The notes beneath the pieces were generated by a model. That model was not told where the DNA came from and made no database searches. It saw nothing but the letters and a program-made list of their open reading frames with translations. 36,847 nt of DNA from Verrucomicrobiota bacterium (lineage in GTDB: Bacteria > Verrucomicrobiota > Verrucomicrobiia > Chthoniobacterales > UBA10450): positions 9,548-46,394 of the forward strand of contig QHNU01000064.1 in NCBI GenBank assembly GCA_003218525.1, given 5' to 3'. Positions 1 through 8,878 of the stretch are shown here, one piece after another. The stretch's first letter is position 1. Every line of letters starts with the position of its first letter. The position numbers were made by a program, and so were the translations under genes.

Positions 1-1071
1 ACGAAGAGTGAAGTCGCGGCCGCCCTCCTGAAGCGGCACGAAGACATGCTTCGCTTCATGGGCGAACAATTTGCTAGCGCCTCCTTTGGTGTGTGGTTCG
101 GGCAGGCGTTCGGCTGGATTGTCGGGATTGTTTTTATGTTCCTGCTGCTGAGCGCGGCAAACACCGCCATCGTCGCCATGATCGGCCTGCTCTACATGAC
201 GGCGCGCGATGGCGAGATGCCGCCGCAGTTCAAACGTTTGAATCGACATGGCGTCCCGCGCTATCCCCTGTTGATCGCGGTCGGCCTCCCCATCGTCGTT
301 CTATTGGCCGCGACTAATTTCGAGAAATTGGCCGGTCTTTACGCAATTGGCGTGGTCGGCGCCATCACGGTCAATCTCGGATCCTGCACATTTAACCGCA
401 CGATTGGCTTTACCTGGTACGACCGCGTTCTATTCGGCCTCACCTTCACGATTCTTTTTCTTGTCGAAATTACCCTCGCGCATACCAAGCCAGACGCGCT
501 CTTCTTCGTCGTATGCGTCCTGGGCGTCGGGCTCGCCCTTCGTGCTTACACGTTAAAACGCCAGGGCATCACCACGCTGGTCGTAACCCGCCAGGTGGCG
601 GAGATGGTTTCGCCTACTCTCGGCGCGACGATGCGGCCGCGGCTGGAGGAGGGCCAGCGGATCATGGTCGCAGCCCGGGGCATTACCCCGGTGCTGTCCT
701 ACGCGCTGGATGAAGCGCAACTGCGCAAGGCCAGTCTCTATGTTGTATATGTGAAAGAACTCGCCGTTTACTACGGCGCCGGTCCGGTGCAGGCCACGCG
801 CGCCAAGTGGCAGGGCGATCCAGAAGCCAATGCAATTCTTTCCTTGATGTTGAAACTCGGCAGCGAACGCGATGTTCCGGTGATGCCAGTCTATGCCGTG
901 AGTGAGGATCCGGCTGCGACCATTCTCGATCTTGCCGCCACCATCGGAGTTGATTATCTCATGCTCGGTACGTCACATCGCCGCACCTTGGCGAATCTGC
1001 TTCGCGGCAATGTCGTGACCAACATCGCTGATCAATTACCCGACACGATCCGCTTGGTAATCTACGGATAA
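1..1071 (+). CDS. APC-superfamily amino-acid permease (C-terminal TM segments) fused to a universal stress protein (Usp) domain; 5' end lies outside the window
   Basis: Frame 1 is open from nt 1, with no stop before the first ATG at 46. Hydrophobic helices (GWIVGIVFMFLLLSAANTAIVAMIGLLY; HGVPRYPLLIAVGLPIVVLL) are followed by a soluble ~140 aa tail (RIMVAARGITP...VDYLMLGTSHRRTLANLLRGNVVTNIADQLPDTIRLVIYG) with a Usp-like pattern. Confidence 0.7.
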   Translation, partial: TKSEVAAALLKRHEDMLRFMGEQFASASFGVWFGQAFGWIVGIVFMFLLLSAANTAIVAMIGLLYMTARDGEMPPQFKRLNRHGVPRYPLLIAVGLPIVVLLAATNFEKLAGLYAIGVVGAITVNLGSCTFNRTIGFTWYDRVLFGLTFTILFLVEITLAHTKPDALFFVVCVLGVGLALRAYTLKRQGITTLVVTRQVAEMVSPTLGATMRPRLEEGQRIMVAARGITPVLSYALDEAQLRKASLYVVYVKELAVYYGAGPVQATRAKWQGDPEANAILSLMLKLGSERDVPVMPVYAVSEDPAATILDLAATIGVDYLMLGTSHRRTLANLLRGNVVTNIADQLPDTIRLVIYG

Positions 1072-1077
1072 GATTTA

Positions 1078-2673
1078 ATGGCGACGCGGCTGAAAGTACT
1101 GGTAGCTGATCCAATCTCACCCCGCGGGATTGAAGAACTCTCCCGTGATAAGTGTCTGGAAGTCGCTGTCTGCATGGAACTCCGCGAAGGCGAAATTCTC
1201 AAGCTCGTCGGTGATGCGCACGGAATAATTGTGCGCAGTCAAACCAAGATCACAGCGGAAATTCTAAATGCGGCGAAGCGATTGCGCGTCGTCGGCCGAG
1301 CCGGAGTCGGCGTAGATAATGTCGACGTCGAAACGGCGACGCGACGGGGCGTGGTCGTGCTCAATGCGCCGGGCGCAAACACTGTGTCCACAGCGGAACA
1401 CACATTCTCGTTGTTACTCGGGATCGCACGAAACATCTCGCGCGCGGACGCGACATTGAAAAGCGGCGTGTGGGAGCGAAAACGTCTCGAAGGCGTTGAA
1501 CTCTATAACAAAACGCTTGGTGTCATCGGAATGGGTCGAATCGGCAGTGAACTGAGCCGGCGCGCGATTGCTTTCGGCATGCGCGTGCTCGCATTCGATC
1601 CTTACCTTTCAGCCGCGCGTGCTCGCGGACTGCAAGTCGAGTTGGTGGAAGAAATCAACGACTTACTGTCAGCGGCAGACTTTATTACGCTGCACACCCC
1701 CCTGACGGCCGAGACACATCATATCCTGAATGCCGAACGTCTGAAGAAGACCAAATCTGGCGTACGCATTGTGAATTGCGCCCGCGGCGGGCTTATCGAC
1801 GAGCCTGCCTTAATTGAGGCGCTTCAATCCGGTCATGTCGCCGGCGCCGCTCTCGACGTCTTTGAAACTGAACCTTTACCGCCGGACTCGCCTCTCCGTT
1901 CTGTCCCGAACATCCTTCTCACGCCCCATCTTGGCGCCTCAACGGCGGAAGCGCAGGAGAGCGTCGGGATCGAAATTGCGCAATCGGTCCGGGCAGCACT
2001 GCTCGAGGGCACCATTCGCAATGCAGTCAATATGCCGGCACTGGATGCGAAAACGCTCGCCATCATCGGACCGCATTTGCGCTTCGGGGAAAAACTTGGC
2101 CGGTTTCTTTCGCAGCTGGCGCCCAGACGCGTCGATCACCTCAACATTAACTACAGCGGGAAAGTGAACGAAGTCGATACGACTGCGATCACGCGCGCAG
2201 TGCTAAAAGGGTTTTTACAAGCCGCTGGCGGCACGGAGGTGAACGAGGTGAATGCGCCCGCCTTCGCGGAAAGCCTTGGACTGAAAATCACCGAAACGCG
2301 ATTGAGCGCGCCCGGGGATTATTCGGACATGCTTGAGATTTCGGCAACGGCCGAGGGCACGAGCGTGTCAGTCGGAGGCGCATTTTTTGGAGCGACCCCT
2401 CGAATTGTCAGCGTGAACAGCCGCCCGGTTGAGGCGCGGCCCAGTGGCGTTGTCCTTGTGCTCGAAAACACCGATCGGCCCGGAATGGTAGGCCGAATTG
2501 GAACGCTGCTTGGGAATCGCGGTGTGAACATTGCCACCATGTCCCTCAGCCGAAATCAAGCCGGTGGCACCGCTCTGACTGTTTTGAATCTGGATAGCGC
2601 GCCCGGTGAAGACTTGCTCGATGAGATTCGCGCAAGCGAAGACATTCGAAACGCGCAAATCATCGAATTGTAA
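1078..2673 (+). CDS. serA: D-3-phosphoglycerate dehydrogenase, long form with C-terminal ACT domain
   Basis: 531 aa. NAD-binding GVIGMGRIGSEL. 2-hydroxyacid dehydrogenase motifs NCARGGLIDE, LDVFETEP and TPHLGAST. C-terminal ACT-like VLVLENTDRPGMVGRIGTLLGNRGVNIATMSL. Confidence 0.9.
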   Translation: MATRLKVLVADPISPRGIEELSRDKCLEVAVCMELREGEILKLVGDAHGIIVRSQTKITAEILNAAKRLRVVGRAGVGVDNVDVETATRRGVVVLNAPGANTVSTAEHTFSLLLGIARNISRADATLKSGVWERKRLEGVELYNKTLGVIGMGRIGSELSRRAIAFGMRVLAFDPYLSAARARGLQVELVEEINDLLSAADFITLHTPLTAETHHILNAERLKKTKSGVRIVNCARGGLIDEPALIEALQSGHVAGAALDVFETEPLPPDSPLRSVPNILLTPHLGASTAEAQESVGIEIAQSVRAALLEGTIRNAVNMPALDAKTLAIIGPHLRFGEKLGRFLSQLAPRRVDHLNINYSGKVNEVDTTAITRAVLKGFLQAAGGTEVNEVNAPAFAESLGLKITETRLSAPGDYSDMLEISATAEGTSVSVGGAFFGATPRIVSVNSRPVEARPSGVVLVLENTDRPGMVGRIGTLLGNRGVNIATMSLSRNQAGGTALTVLNLDSAPGEDLLDEIRASEDIRNAQIIEL

Positions 2674-2722
2674 GACACGCAGCCAAAACTCCGCTAAGTC
2701 GCGATATGCGAGAAGAACAGTC

Positions 2723-2977
2723 ATGCAAGGTCTGATTGGAACTTTGGTCATCGGTCTGATCATCGGCGCTGTGGCAAAGCTGCTGATGCCGGGTCGCGAT
2801 CCCGGCGGCTGCCTGATCACGATCCTGCTCGGTATCGCGGGGGCGCTAGTGGCTGGGTATCTCGGGCGTGCGGTTGGTTGGTACGAACCCGGAGAGCCGG
2901 CCGGCTTCATCGCCTCAGTGATCGGGGCGATGCTCATTTTATTGCTCTACCGGTTTTTTCTGCGTCGCCGCCCGTAA
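2723..2977 (+). CDS. GlsB/YeaQ/YmgE family (transglycosylase-associated) small membrane protein
   Basis: 84 aa Gly-rich TM protein (GLIIGAVAKLLMPGRDPGGCLITILLGIAGALVAGYLG). ATG at 2723 is preferred over the in-frame upstream start at 2606, whose extension is basic and low-complexity. Confidence 0.8.
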   Translation: MQGLIGTLVIGLIIGAVAKLLMPGRDPGGCLITILLGIAGALVAGYLGRAVGWYEPGEPAGFIASVIGAMLILLLYRFFLRRRP

Positions 2978-3013
2978 GCGCCGAAAACAACGATCAGCGG
3001 ACGCGCGCCTCAC

Positions 3014-3966
3014 TTGCGTCGGTGTCACTTCCGCGCTGATTTGCCTGTGCGACAACCGACTCGATTCGCGATCCTACCCGCCTTCGCTGCACTCTATGTA
3101 ATCTGGGGCTCAACTTATTTGTTCATTCGATTCGCGATCGATACCATTCCGCCGTTTCTCATGGCCGGGAGCCGTTATCTCACGCACACGCCCAAGGCGC
3201 GAAACGCCCGGACCCGGTAACATGGCGGAGCGCGGCGATCATCGGCGGTTTTCTCCTGCTTGGCGGGAACGGTGGTGTCACTCTTTCCGAAAAATTTATC
3301 CATACCGGCCTCGCCCCGGTCATGGTCGCAACTGTTCCCATTTACATCGCACTGCTCTCCTGGATCACCGGCGCGGCGCCGAGACCGAGACCGCTCGTCT
3401 TCGCTGGACTGGCCGGCGGGTTTCTTGGCGTCGGAATTTTGATGGCACCCTCGCTGCACTTCCGCGTGGGCGAAACGCGTCATCCGGGAATCGGCATGTT
3501 GATTCTGTTGGTTTCGTCCTTCCTTTGGTCCGTCGGTTCGCTCTATTCGCGCAACGCGAAAAACGCCGATTCACCATTTGTCGCCGCCAGCCAGCAGATG
3601 ATTTGCGGTGGGATGCTACTTGTGATTACGGGATTCGTTAGCAACGAAAGATTTCAACCGCATGCGCTCACGGCCCTCTCGGTTTGGGCCTGGATTTACC
3701 TCGTGCTCATCGGCGCAATCATCGGATTCACTGCTTACATTTTTCTGCTGCGACATTGTGATCCGGCCAAAGTCTCGACCTACGCCTACGTGAATCCAAT
3801 AGTAGCGGTAATTCTCGGCGCGTTTTTCGCAGGCGAAAAATTGAGCGGACGCTCGCTTCTGGCAACAGCTCTGATTATTGGCTCTGTCGCAATTGTGATT
3901 ACGGCCCAGCAATTTACGGCCAAATCTGCGCCGCCGATTTCGGCCGCGCTCGCGGAAGCGGATTAG
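3014..3966 (+). pseudogene. EamA/DMT-family (YedA-like) transporter gene interrupted by a frameshift, apparently with a short deletion in TM2
   Basis: The frame-2 ORF 3014-3220 encodes the N-terminus (AALYVIWGSTYLFIRFAIDTIPPFLMAGSRYL) and then runs into nonsense and a stop. Frame 1 is open from 3040. From about 3180 it reads ...HAHAQGAKRPDPVTWRSAAIIGGFLLLGGNGGVTLSEKFIHTGLAPVMVATVPIYIALLSW and continues to 3966 with typical EamA helices (SYAYVNPIVAVILGAFFAGEKL). About 7-8 residues of TM2 are missing relative to my recollection of YedA. Confidence 0.6.
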
Positions 3967-3980
3967 CTACATTCCCAGAA

Positions 3981-5138
3981 GTGGAAACGCCGAAGCGCGA
4001 GACGGTCGAGGTTGTGCAAAGAAACTGGCGTGCCGAAGTCGAAACGGCACGGGTGTATCGCGATCTGGCCGAACGCGAACGCGACGAGAAGCGGAAAGCC
4101 ATTTTACTGCGAATGGCAGAAGCCGAGGAACGCCACGCTGCGCGTTGGAAAGAAAAACTACGTGATATGGGAGAACCGATTCCCCATTTGACCGATACCA
4201 CTTGGACTCGATTTAAGCGCCGGTTCACTCGCTCGCTCGGCACAGACATTGCCATCCGCCGCATGGAAGCGGCCGAGGAAAAGCACGAGCGGGAATTCAG
4301 CGAGCAGCGCGATCGTGCGCTCGCAAATGAAGCGGACGTGCGGGAATTCTTACGAACAAGCGCGCTCGAAGAGAAGGCGCACGCTCGCGCCTTGAAGACG
4401 ATGGCGCCGCCGCCGAGTCCAAAGACCGTGCTGGACACGATTTTGAAACGCGAACGTTGGCACGGGCGCGGCGGCAGCTGGGTGGCCGATGCCATCTATG
4501 GCGTTAACGATGGACTTGGCGCGGTATTTGGAATCGTGTCCGGTGTCGCTGGTGCGACCAATAATCAACAGCATTACGTTCTGATTTCCGGTCTCGCCGG
4601 CATGCTCGCCTCAGCGCTGTCGATGGGTGCGGGCGCATACTTGGCCGGCAAAAGCGAAGCCGAAGTTTACGAAGCCGAGATCGCGCGGGAAAAAGCGGAG
4701 GTGGAGGAGAATCCGGAGGAAGAGATCGAGGAAATGGCGCTCTTTTATCAGCTCCAGGGCTTCAGCCCAGAAGAGTCGCAGAAAATGGCGGAGCGACTGG
4801 CCGAGCAACCCGAGCAACTGGTCCAAGCTATGGCACAAAGCGAACTGGGGCTGTCCGAACATCGCTTTCCTAATCCTTGGAAGTCTGCGGCGTCGGCTTC
4901 GCTATCAACCGCCCTCGGCGCGTTTATCCCGATCATCCCGTTTTTCTTCATGACTGGATTGCCGGCGGTCATAGCGGCATTCGTCATCAGCATCCTGGCC
5001 CACTTTGCCGTTGGCGCAGTGAAATCAATCATCACCATTCGCTCGTGGTGGGCTTCGGGTTTTGAGATGACGCTGGTCGGCGTGATCGAAGCCGTAGTGA
5101 CCTACGGACTCGGACTCGCCTTTGGATCCCTCACCTGA
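3981..5138 (+). CDS. mbfA: Erythrin-VIT1 fusion (membrane-bound ferritin-like / VIT-family iron transporter, MbfA-like)
   Basis: N-terminal ferritin-like domain with paired ExxH motifs (AEAEERHAARW; EAAEEKHEREF). C-terminal VIT1/CCC1 membrane domain (DAIYGVNDGLGAVFGIVSGVAG plus terminal TM helices). GTG start. Confidence 0.8.
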   Translation: METPKRETVEVVQRNWRAEVETARVYRDLAERERDEKRKAILLRMAEAEERHAARWKEKLRDMGEPIPHLTDTTWTRFKRRFTRSLGTDIAIRRMEAAEEKHEREFSEQRDRALANEADVREFLRTSALEEKAHARALKTMAPPPSPKTVLDTILKRERWHGRGGSWVADAIYGVNDGLGAVFGIVSGVAGATNNQQHYVLISGLAGMLASALSMGAGAYLAGKSEAEVYEAEIAREKAEVEENPEEEIEEMALFYQLQGFSPEESQKMAERLAEQPEQLVQAMAQSELGLSEHRFPNPWKSAASASLSTALGAFIPIIPFFFMTGLPAVIAAFVISILAHFAVGAVKSIITIRSWWASGFEMTLVGVIEAVVTYGLGLAFGSLT

Positions 5139-5208
5139 TCACTCGAGGCGCAGGGTGACCATCGGATTGAAATGCGTGGCGCGCCCCGCCCACGCCTCGC
5201 GAGCCTCC

Positions 5209-5697
5209 TCAGCCGCGAAGCCAAGGCTCGAGAAATTTCCGGATCGCGGGCGCAGGCATGGCTCCGGCTTGCCGCGCTTCTTCCAGCCCATTTTGAAACA
5301 AGATCATCGTGGGAATAGCGGTAACGCGGAAGCGGTGCGACAGACTCGGCAACTCTTCCGTATTCACCTTGATTACAAGCCACCGCCCGACACCTTCGGC
5401 AGCAATTTTCCGCAACTCCGGCGCGACCATCTTGCATGGCCCGCACCAAGGCGCCCAGAAATCGGCCAAAACGGGAATGGTGGCGCGCCTGGTCACCGCA
5501 TCGAAAATCAAATCGCTCTGCACGTCGATTGGCTCTGACCGCAGGTGCAATTCCGCCCGACACTGGCCGCAATGAAACGTCTGTTTCAGGCCTTCGTATC
5601 TTAGCCGATTGCGCTTGCCGCATTGAGGGCAAGTCAACAACACGCCACGCTCATCCAGTTCAAACGTGATCGCCGGGGCAGTTTGAGTCGTGTTCAT
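5209..5697 (-). CDS. trxC: Thioredoxin 2 type (N-terminal zinc-finger extension plus thioredoxin fold)
   Basis: 162 aa. CPQCGKRN...HCGQCRAEL zinc-finger-like N-terminus, then LADFWAPWCGPCKMVAPEL (WCGPC active site) and AIPTMILFQNG. Confidence 0.85.
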   Translation of the reverse strand: MNTTQTAPAITFELDERGVLLTCPQCGKRNRLRYEGLKQTFHCGQCRAELHLRSEPIDVQSDLIFDAVTRRATIPVLADFWAPWCGPCKMVAPELRKIAAEGVGRWLVIKVNTEELPSLSHRFRVTAIPTMILFQNGLEEARQAGAMPAPAIRKFLEPWLRG

Positions 5698-5822
5698 ATG
5701 AAACTATACCTCAAAGAGAGTCGTCGCTCGAATGCGGTCCGGTTTGGCTAGGGCGACCGCACGACAGTCTTTGCTCTCCGCTATCGCTGGGAGGTTGGAT
5801 TTTACCTCCGCGCCTGCGGCTT

Positions 5823-5895
5823 TGGAGGTAAGGGGATTCGAACCCCTGACCTTCTCATTGCGAACGAGACGCTCTACCAACTGAGCTATACCCCC
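5823..5895 (-). tRNA. tRNA-Ala (anticodon CGC)
   Basis: The reverse complement is GGGGGTATAGCTCAGTTGGTAGAGCGTCTCGTTCGCAATGAGAAGGTCAGGGGTTCGAATCCCCTTACCTCCA. It folds by hand into a cloverleaf: 7-bp acceptor stem with the G3:U70 alanine identity pair, D arm GCTC/GAGC, anticodon loop TTCGCAA, T arm AGGGG-TTCGAAT-CCCCT. CCA is not encoded. Confidence 0.93.
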
Positions 5896-5960
5896 GAAAG
5901 TCTTTTTCGACAGCGCGCATTAAAGTGAAGAATTCGGGCTCAATTTCAACCCAAGATGGC
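5854..5960. repeat. Direct repeat copy 1: 5' 42 nt of tRNA-Ala plus ~65 bp of its upstream (promoter-side) region
   Basis: Hand alignment with 7955-8056 gives roughly 85% identity. Example: ctcattgcgaacgagacgctctaccaactgagctatacccc ... ttaaagtgaagaattcg ... atttcaacccaagat versus ctcattgcgaccgagacgctctaccaactgagctatacccc ... ttaaggtgaagaattcg ... atttgaacccaagat. Confidence 0.8.
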
Positions 5961-6251
5961 ACCATATCGAACTTGAAGTTCAAACGGAATGCATTTGAGA
6001 GAATCTCTACTATTGCACGCACGATTGGATACTACGCGATTCCTCGACCAGCACATGAAACGCGGTCACGGCAGTTTTACGGGCAGACGGCTTCTCCTCT
6101 TAGCTGGTCGTCAAATGGAATTACATCATTCAGAACCTCGCTGTTCGGTTTAAACCGAGGCTCCGGAAAACTAGTTCGAGACCACCGTCAATAACCTAAC
6201 CAAGTCGATGTAGCCGGGTCGCGCGAGCTTATATTTATTTAACATCCGGTC

Positions 6252-6785
6252 TCATCGCAGGTTGGTGGCCGAAATTGGAATCTCGTAATCGATGCCATCG
6301 TGCCGGACGCGGACTTTATCGCTGGTGCGGGATAACAGCTGGACCTTTGTTCCAATCCGCAGTCCAATTATTCCGTAAGGAATCGTGATCGAAACCGGCT
6401 TTGTCAGCGTGATGATATTCGGAATGCGCGGCGGAGTGATTGACGTAACTGCGACCGGCGATTTCAACGGCGCTGATTTAGCGCTAACCGAACGGGATGG
6501 CGAGGCATCGGCTGGCGCCGTGGGAACGCGGCTAGTATGTTTGTTCCACAGGTGGAGGTAAGTGTCGGCGTGAGCAATTAGGTTCTGCAAATTCGTGCGA
6601 GCATGCTCGTTCGCGACATAGCTGGTTTTCAGCCAAACGATGATTCCAATAACGATGATGGCTGCGGTTATCGCGAAGAAAACCTGGGCAAAAATGTTTG
6701 CGGGCTTTGCACCCTTAGGTTGGGTTGGGAGCGATGGGGGATTCACGCGAATCCGATTGTAGCAAATCATCGAGTAAGCGAGCAA
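6252..6785 (-). CDS. Hypothetical single-pass membrane protein with a small beta-rich (SH3-like?) C-terminal domain
   Basis: This is the only long ORF in the 5.9-7.9 kb island. It has a clear TM helix (IFAQVFFAITAAIIVIGIIVWL), a Pro/Ser linker and an ordered-looking C-terminus (IPYGIIGLRIGTKVQLLSRTSDKVRVRHDGIDYEIPISATNL). No family recognised. Confidence 0.4.
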   Translation of the reverse strand: MLAYSMICYNRIRVNPPSLPTQPKGAKPANIFAQVFFAITAAIIVIGIIVWLKTSYVANEHARTNLQNLIAHADTYLHLWNKHTSRVPTAPADASPSRSVSAKSAPLKSPVAVTSITPPRIPNIITLTKPVSITIPYGIIGLRIGTKVQLLSRTSDKVRVRHDGIDYEIPISATNLR

Positions 6786-7431
6786 GGGATTGCGCTGAAA
6801 TTGGCGCGTAGATAATAAGTAATTTTGCCGACAAAGGCGACTCAGCGTTTAAAGCTCTCCGTCGCTCGTTCTGACGAGAGCGAGGAGCGAAAGTCCGACC
6901 GCTCAAGTGTCTCAGCGACCCAGGCCTACATTGCTATCATCGTCGGCACGCGCGTGATGAAATCAATGACTGGTTCGAGACGTATCATAGAATGCAAGTC
7001 GGGTGCTGCCACGGACCGGCCGCCAGACCGCGGGTTCGGCGCACCCGACCACGCGCTCGAAATGAGGATAGTCACGACTGACAGAGTCACTATAACGGGC
7101 TGTTTTGCGCCTTGCGCACCAAGAGATTCCCCGTCTTGACAATGACGATAGGAATTTCTGGACAAAACAAGTGCATTCGCGCTTTTTCCTTCTATCCGAA
7201 TGCCAGAAATGAGAGGCATCAAAAGCGGAGGAGCCATCTGTGCGATCATCCGCGTATCAAAAAGGAGTTTTTTTTTATTGGCGCGTGAAGCATGGACTCT
7301 GCCGCTCTGAGGACGCCACCATGAGCCGAAATGAAGCAGCAATTTTCAAGTCACAATCTCACATCCGAAGTGACTACAGTGGCTCCCGATTGCGAATTGC
7401 CAGCAGCCGGACTTTCTGTCACTTTACGAGT

Positions 7432-7704
7432 ATGAATACGCCGTGCAGGCTTTCGTGCTTGGCCGGTTGGATGAGGCAATGCGCCATCGCGTCTGTCACG
7501 CTGATAATTTGCGCATCGATGTTCGCGGCTGATCCAAGCAAGACCTTGGTAATTAAGACAGCACAGCAGACGGGGAAGAGCGTAAGGAAAAAGTGTTATG
7601 TCATGAGCTCCGTCTCTGGTGTTCCGCAGCCATGCGATCGGTTCGGCGGAATTCCGACCACGGCCAGCCCAATCCTCATCATCCGCTACGAGTCGACACG
7701 ATAA
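7432..7704 (+). CDS. Possible small secreted protein (90 aa)
   Basis: The internal ATG at 7432 gives a signal-peptide-like N-terminus (MNTPCRLSCLAGWMRQCAIASVTLIICASMFAADP). There is no recognisable family and it lies in a low-coding region, so support is weak. Confidence 0.25.
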   Translation: MNTPCRLSCLAGWMRQCAIASVTLIICASMFAADPSKTLVIKTAQQTGKSVRKKCYVMSSVSGVPQPCDRFGGIPTTASPILIIRYESTR

Positions 7705-7954
7705 TTCGGCGAGCCTTTTGCGGAAAATTGCGACGCGACTAGCAGAAAGCGCGCTGCTGGCTAACAGGGTTTCGCAGCGACCGATAGACAACAGTGACGC
7801 AATCGCGCGCGCGCGTTTTGTACGCCGGCTTTGTCCACTCGCGCCCCATTTCTTAGCACATGTGAGACAACGTGAGATAACCGCGATTGTGTCCTCTTCC
7901 CTCTACGTGAACACGTGTGAGCGCGTGGGATAACGTAAGCAAATCCGCAGTGGA

Positions 7955-7995
7955 CTCATTGCGACCGAGACGCTCTACCAACTGAGCTATACCCC
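7955..7995 (-). pseudogene. Truncated tRNA-Ala fragment (5' half only)
   Basis: The reverse complement GGGGTATAGCTCAGTTGGTAGAGCGTCTCGGTCGCAATGAG matches positions ~2-42 of the intact tRNA-Ala at 5823-5895, including anticodon CGC. No T arm or 3' acceptor strand follows (TCCACTGCGGATTTGCTTACG). Confidence 0.75.
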
Positions 7996-8056
7996 AAAAA
8001 GTTTTTGGCCGCAGTTTAAGGTGAAGAATTCGAGTTTTATTTGAACCCAAGATCCA
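7955..8056. repeat. Direct repeat copy 2 (tRNA-Ala 5' half plus upstream block)
   Basis: See copy 1 at 5854-5960. Similarity extends ~60 bp beyond the tRNA 5' end, into what would be its promoter region. Confidence 0.8.
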
Positions 8057-8155
8057 CCCGTTCTCTCGCAGTGTGTTGTTCTTGGCCCAAACAATCCCCG
8101 CCCCATAGAACAATTCCGCTGTGATGCAATTTGCCCTTCGATTTCCGTCGCAATC

Positions 8156-8755
8156 GTGCATGATCGGCAGGTGCCGCGTTGTCCCTGGGCCACTACCGAA
8201 CCGGCTATTGCTTATCACGACCAAGAATGGGGTGTGCCGGTGCACGATGATCGCGTACTTTTCGAATTCCTGATCCTCGAAGGCGCTCAGGCGGGGCTGA
8301 GCTGGATGACCATCCTAAAGAAACGCGAAAACTATCGGAAGGCATTCGATGGATTTCGCCCGGAGAAGATCGCGAGCTATAGCGCGGGCGATGTGAAGCG
8401 ACTGCTTGCCGACGCCGGGATCGTCCGCAACCAGCTGAAAATCGCAGCCACAATCCAGAACGCGAAGGCGTTTCTCGCAGTGCAAGAAGAACTGGAGAGT
8501 TTTGATGCCTATCTCTGGAGCTTCGTCGGCGGCAAGCCGATCCAGAATCACTGGCGGCGCATGGCGGACGTGCCCGCGCGCACGTCGGAGTCCGATGCGA
8601 TGAGCCGCGATTTACTGCGGCGCGGATTTAAGTTCGCGGGGTCGACGATCTGCTACGCATTGATGCAAGCGACCGGTATGGTTAATGATCACCTGGTTAG
8701 CTGTCAGCGACATGCGGAACTCGGCGCCGCGCTTCGGCATAACCTTTCCCGTTAG
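8156..8755 (+). CDS. tag: DNA-3-methyladenine glycosylase I
   Basis: 199 aa with Tag hallmarks: RCPWA, YHDQEWGVPVHDDRVLFEFLILEGAQAGLSWMTILKKRENYRKAF, IVRNQLKI, GSTICYALMQATGMVNDH. Confidence 0.9.
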   Translation: MHDRQVPRCPWATTEPAIAYHDQEWGVPVHDDRVLFEFLILEGAQAGLSWMTILKKRENYRKAFDGFRPEKIASYSAGDVKRLLADAGIVRNQLKIAATIQNAKAFLAVQEELESFDAYLWSFVGGKPIQNHWRRMADVPARTSESDAMSRDLLRRGFKFAGSTICYALMQATGMVNDHLVSCQRHAELGAALRHNLSR

Positions 8756-8878
8756 TCCCGCAACACTCGAACGGCGCGCAATGAACGACCGCCGTCCGTT
8801 CGTCGCCCAGAAATTCAGTCCACTTCTAACCGCGAAAGTCCATACAGTCGCGCTGCGCGTAATTACGTCTTCCCGCGA

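Noticed and set aside
5925-6194. 89-aa ORF next to the tRNA, and the overlapping ORFs at 6825-7342, as genes.
   Set aside because: They have no start context, no motifs and mutually overlapping frames on both strands. The 5925 ORF starts inside the conserved tRNA-upstream repeat block.
6880-7110. Possible RNase P RNA, because of GAGGAGCGAAAGTCCGACC (resembles the P4 GAGGAAAGUCCGG) and ACAGAGTC... about 190 nt downstream.
   Set aside because: The match is interrupted. The second P4 strand (ACAGAAnCCGGCUUA) is not present. The spacing is far too short for a ~350-400 nt RNase P RNA. A 9-mer match is expected by chance at this sequence length.
7955-7995. Second tRNA-Ala as a functional gene.
   Set aside because: Only the acceptor 5' strand, D arm and anticodon arm are present. 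The following sequence has no T arm (no GGTTCGAATCC-like element) and no complementary acceptor 3' strand.
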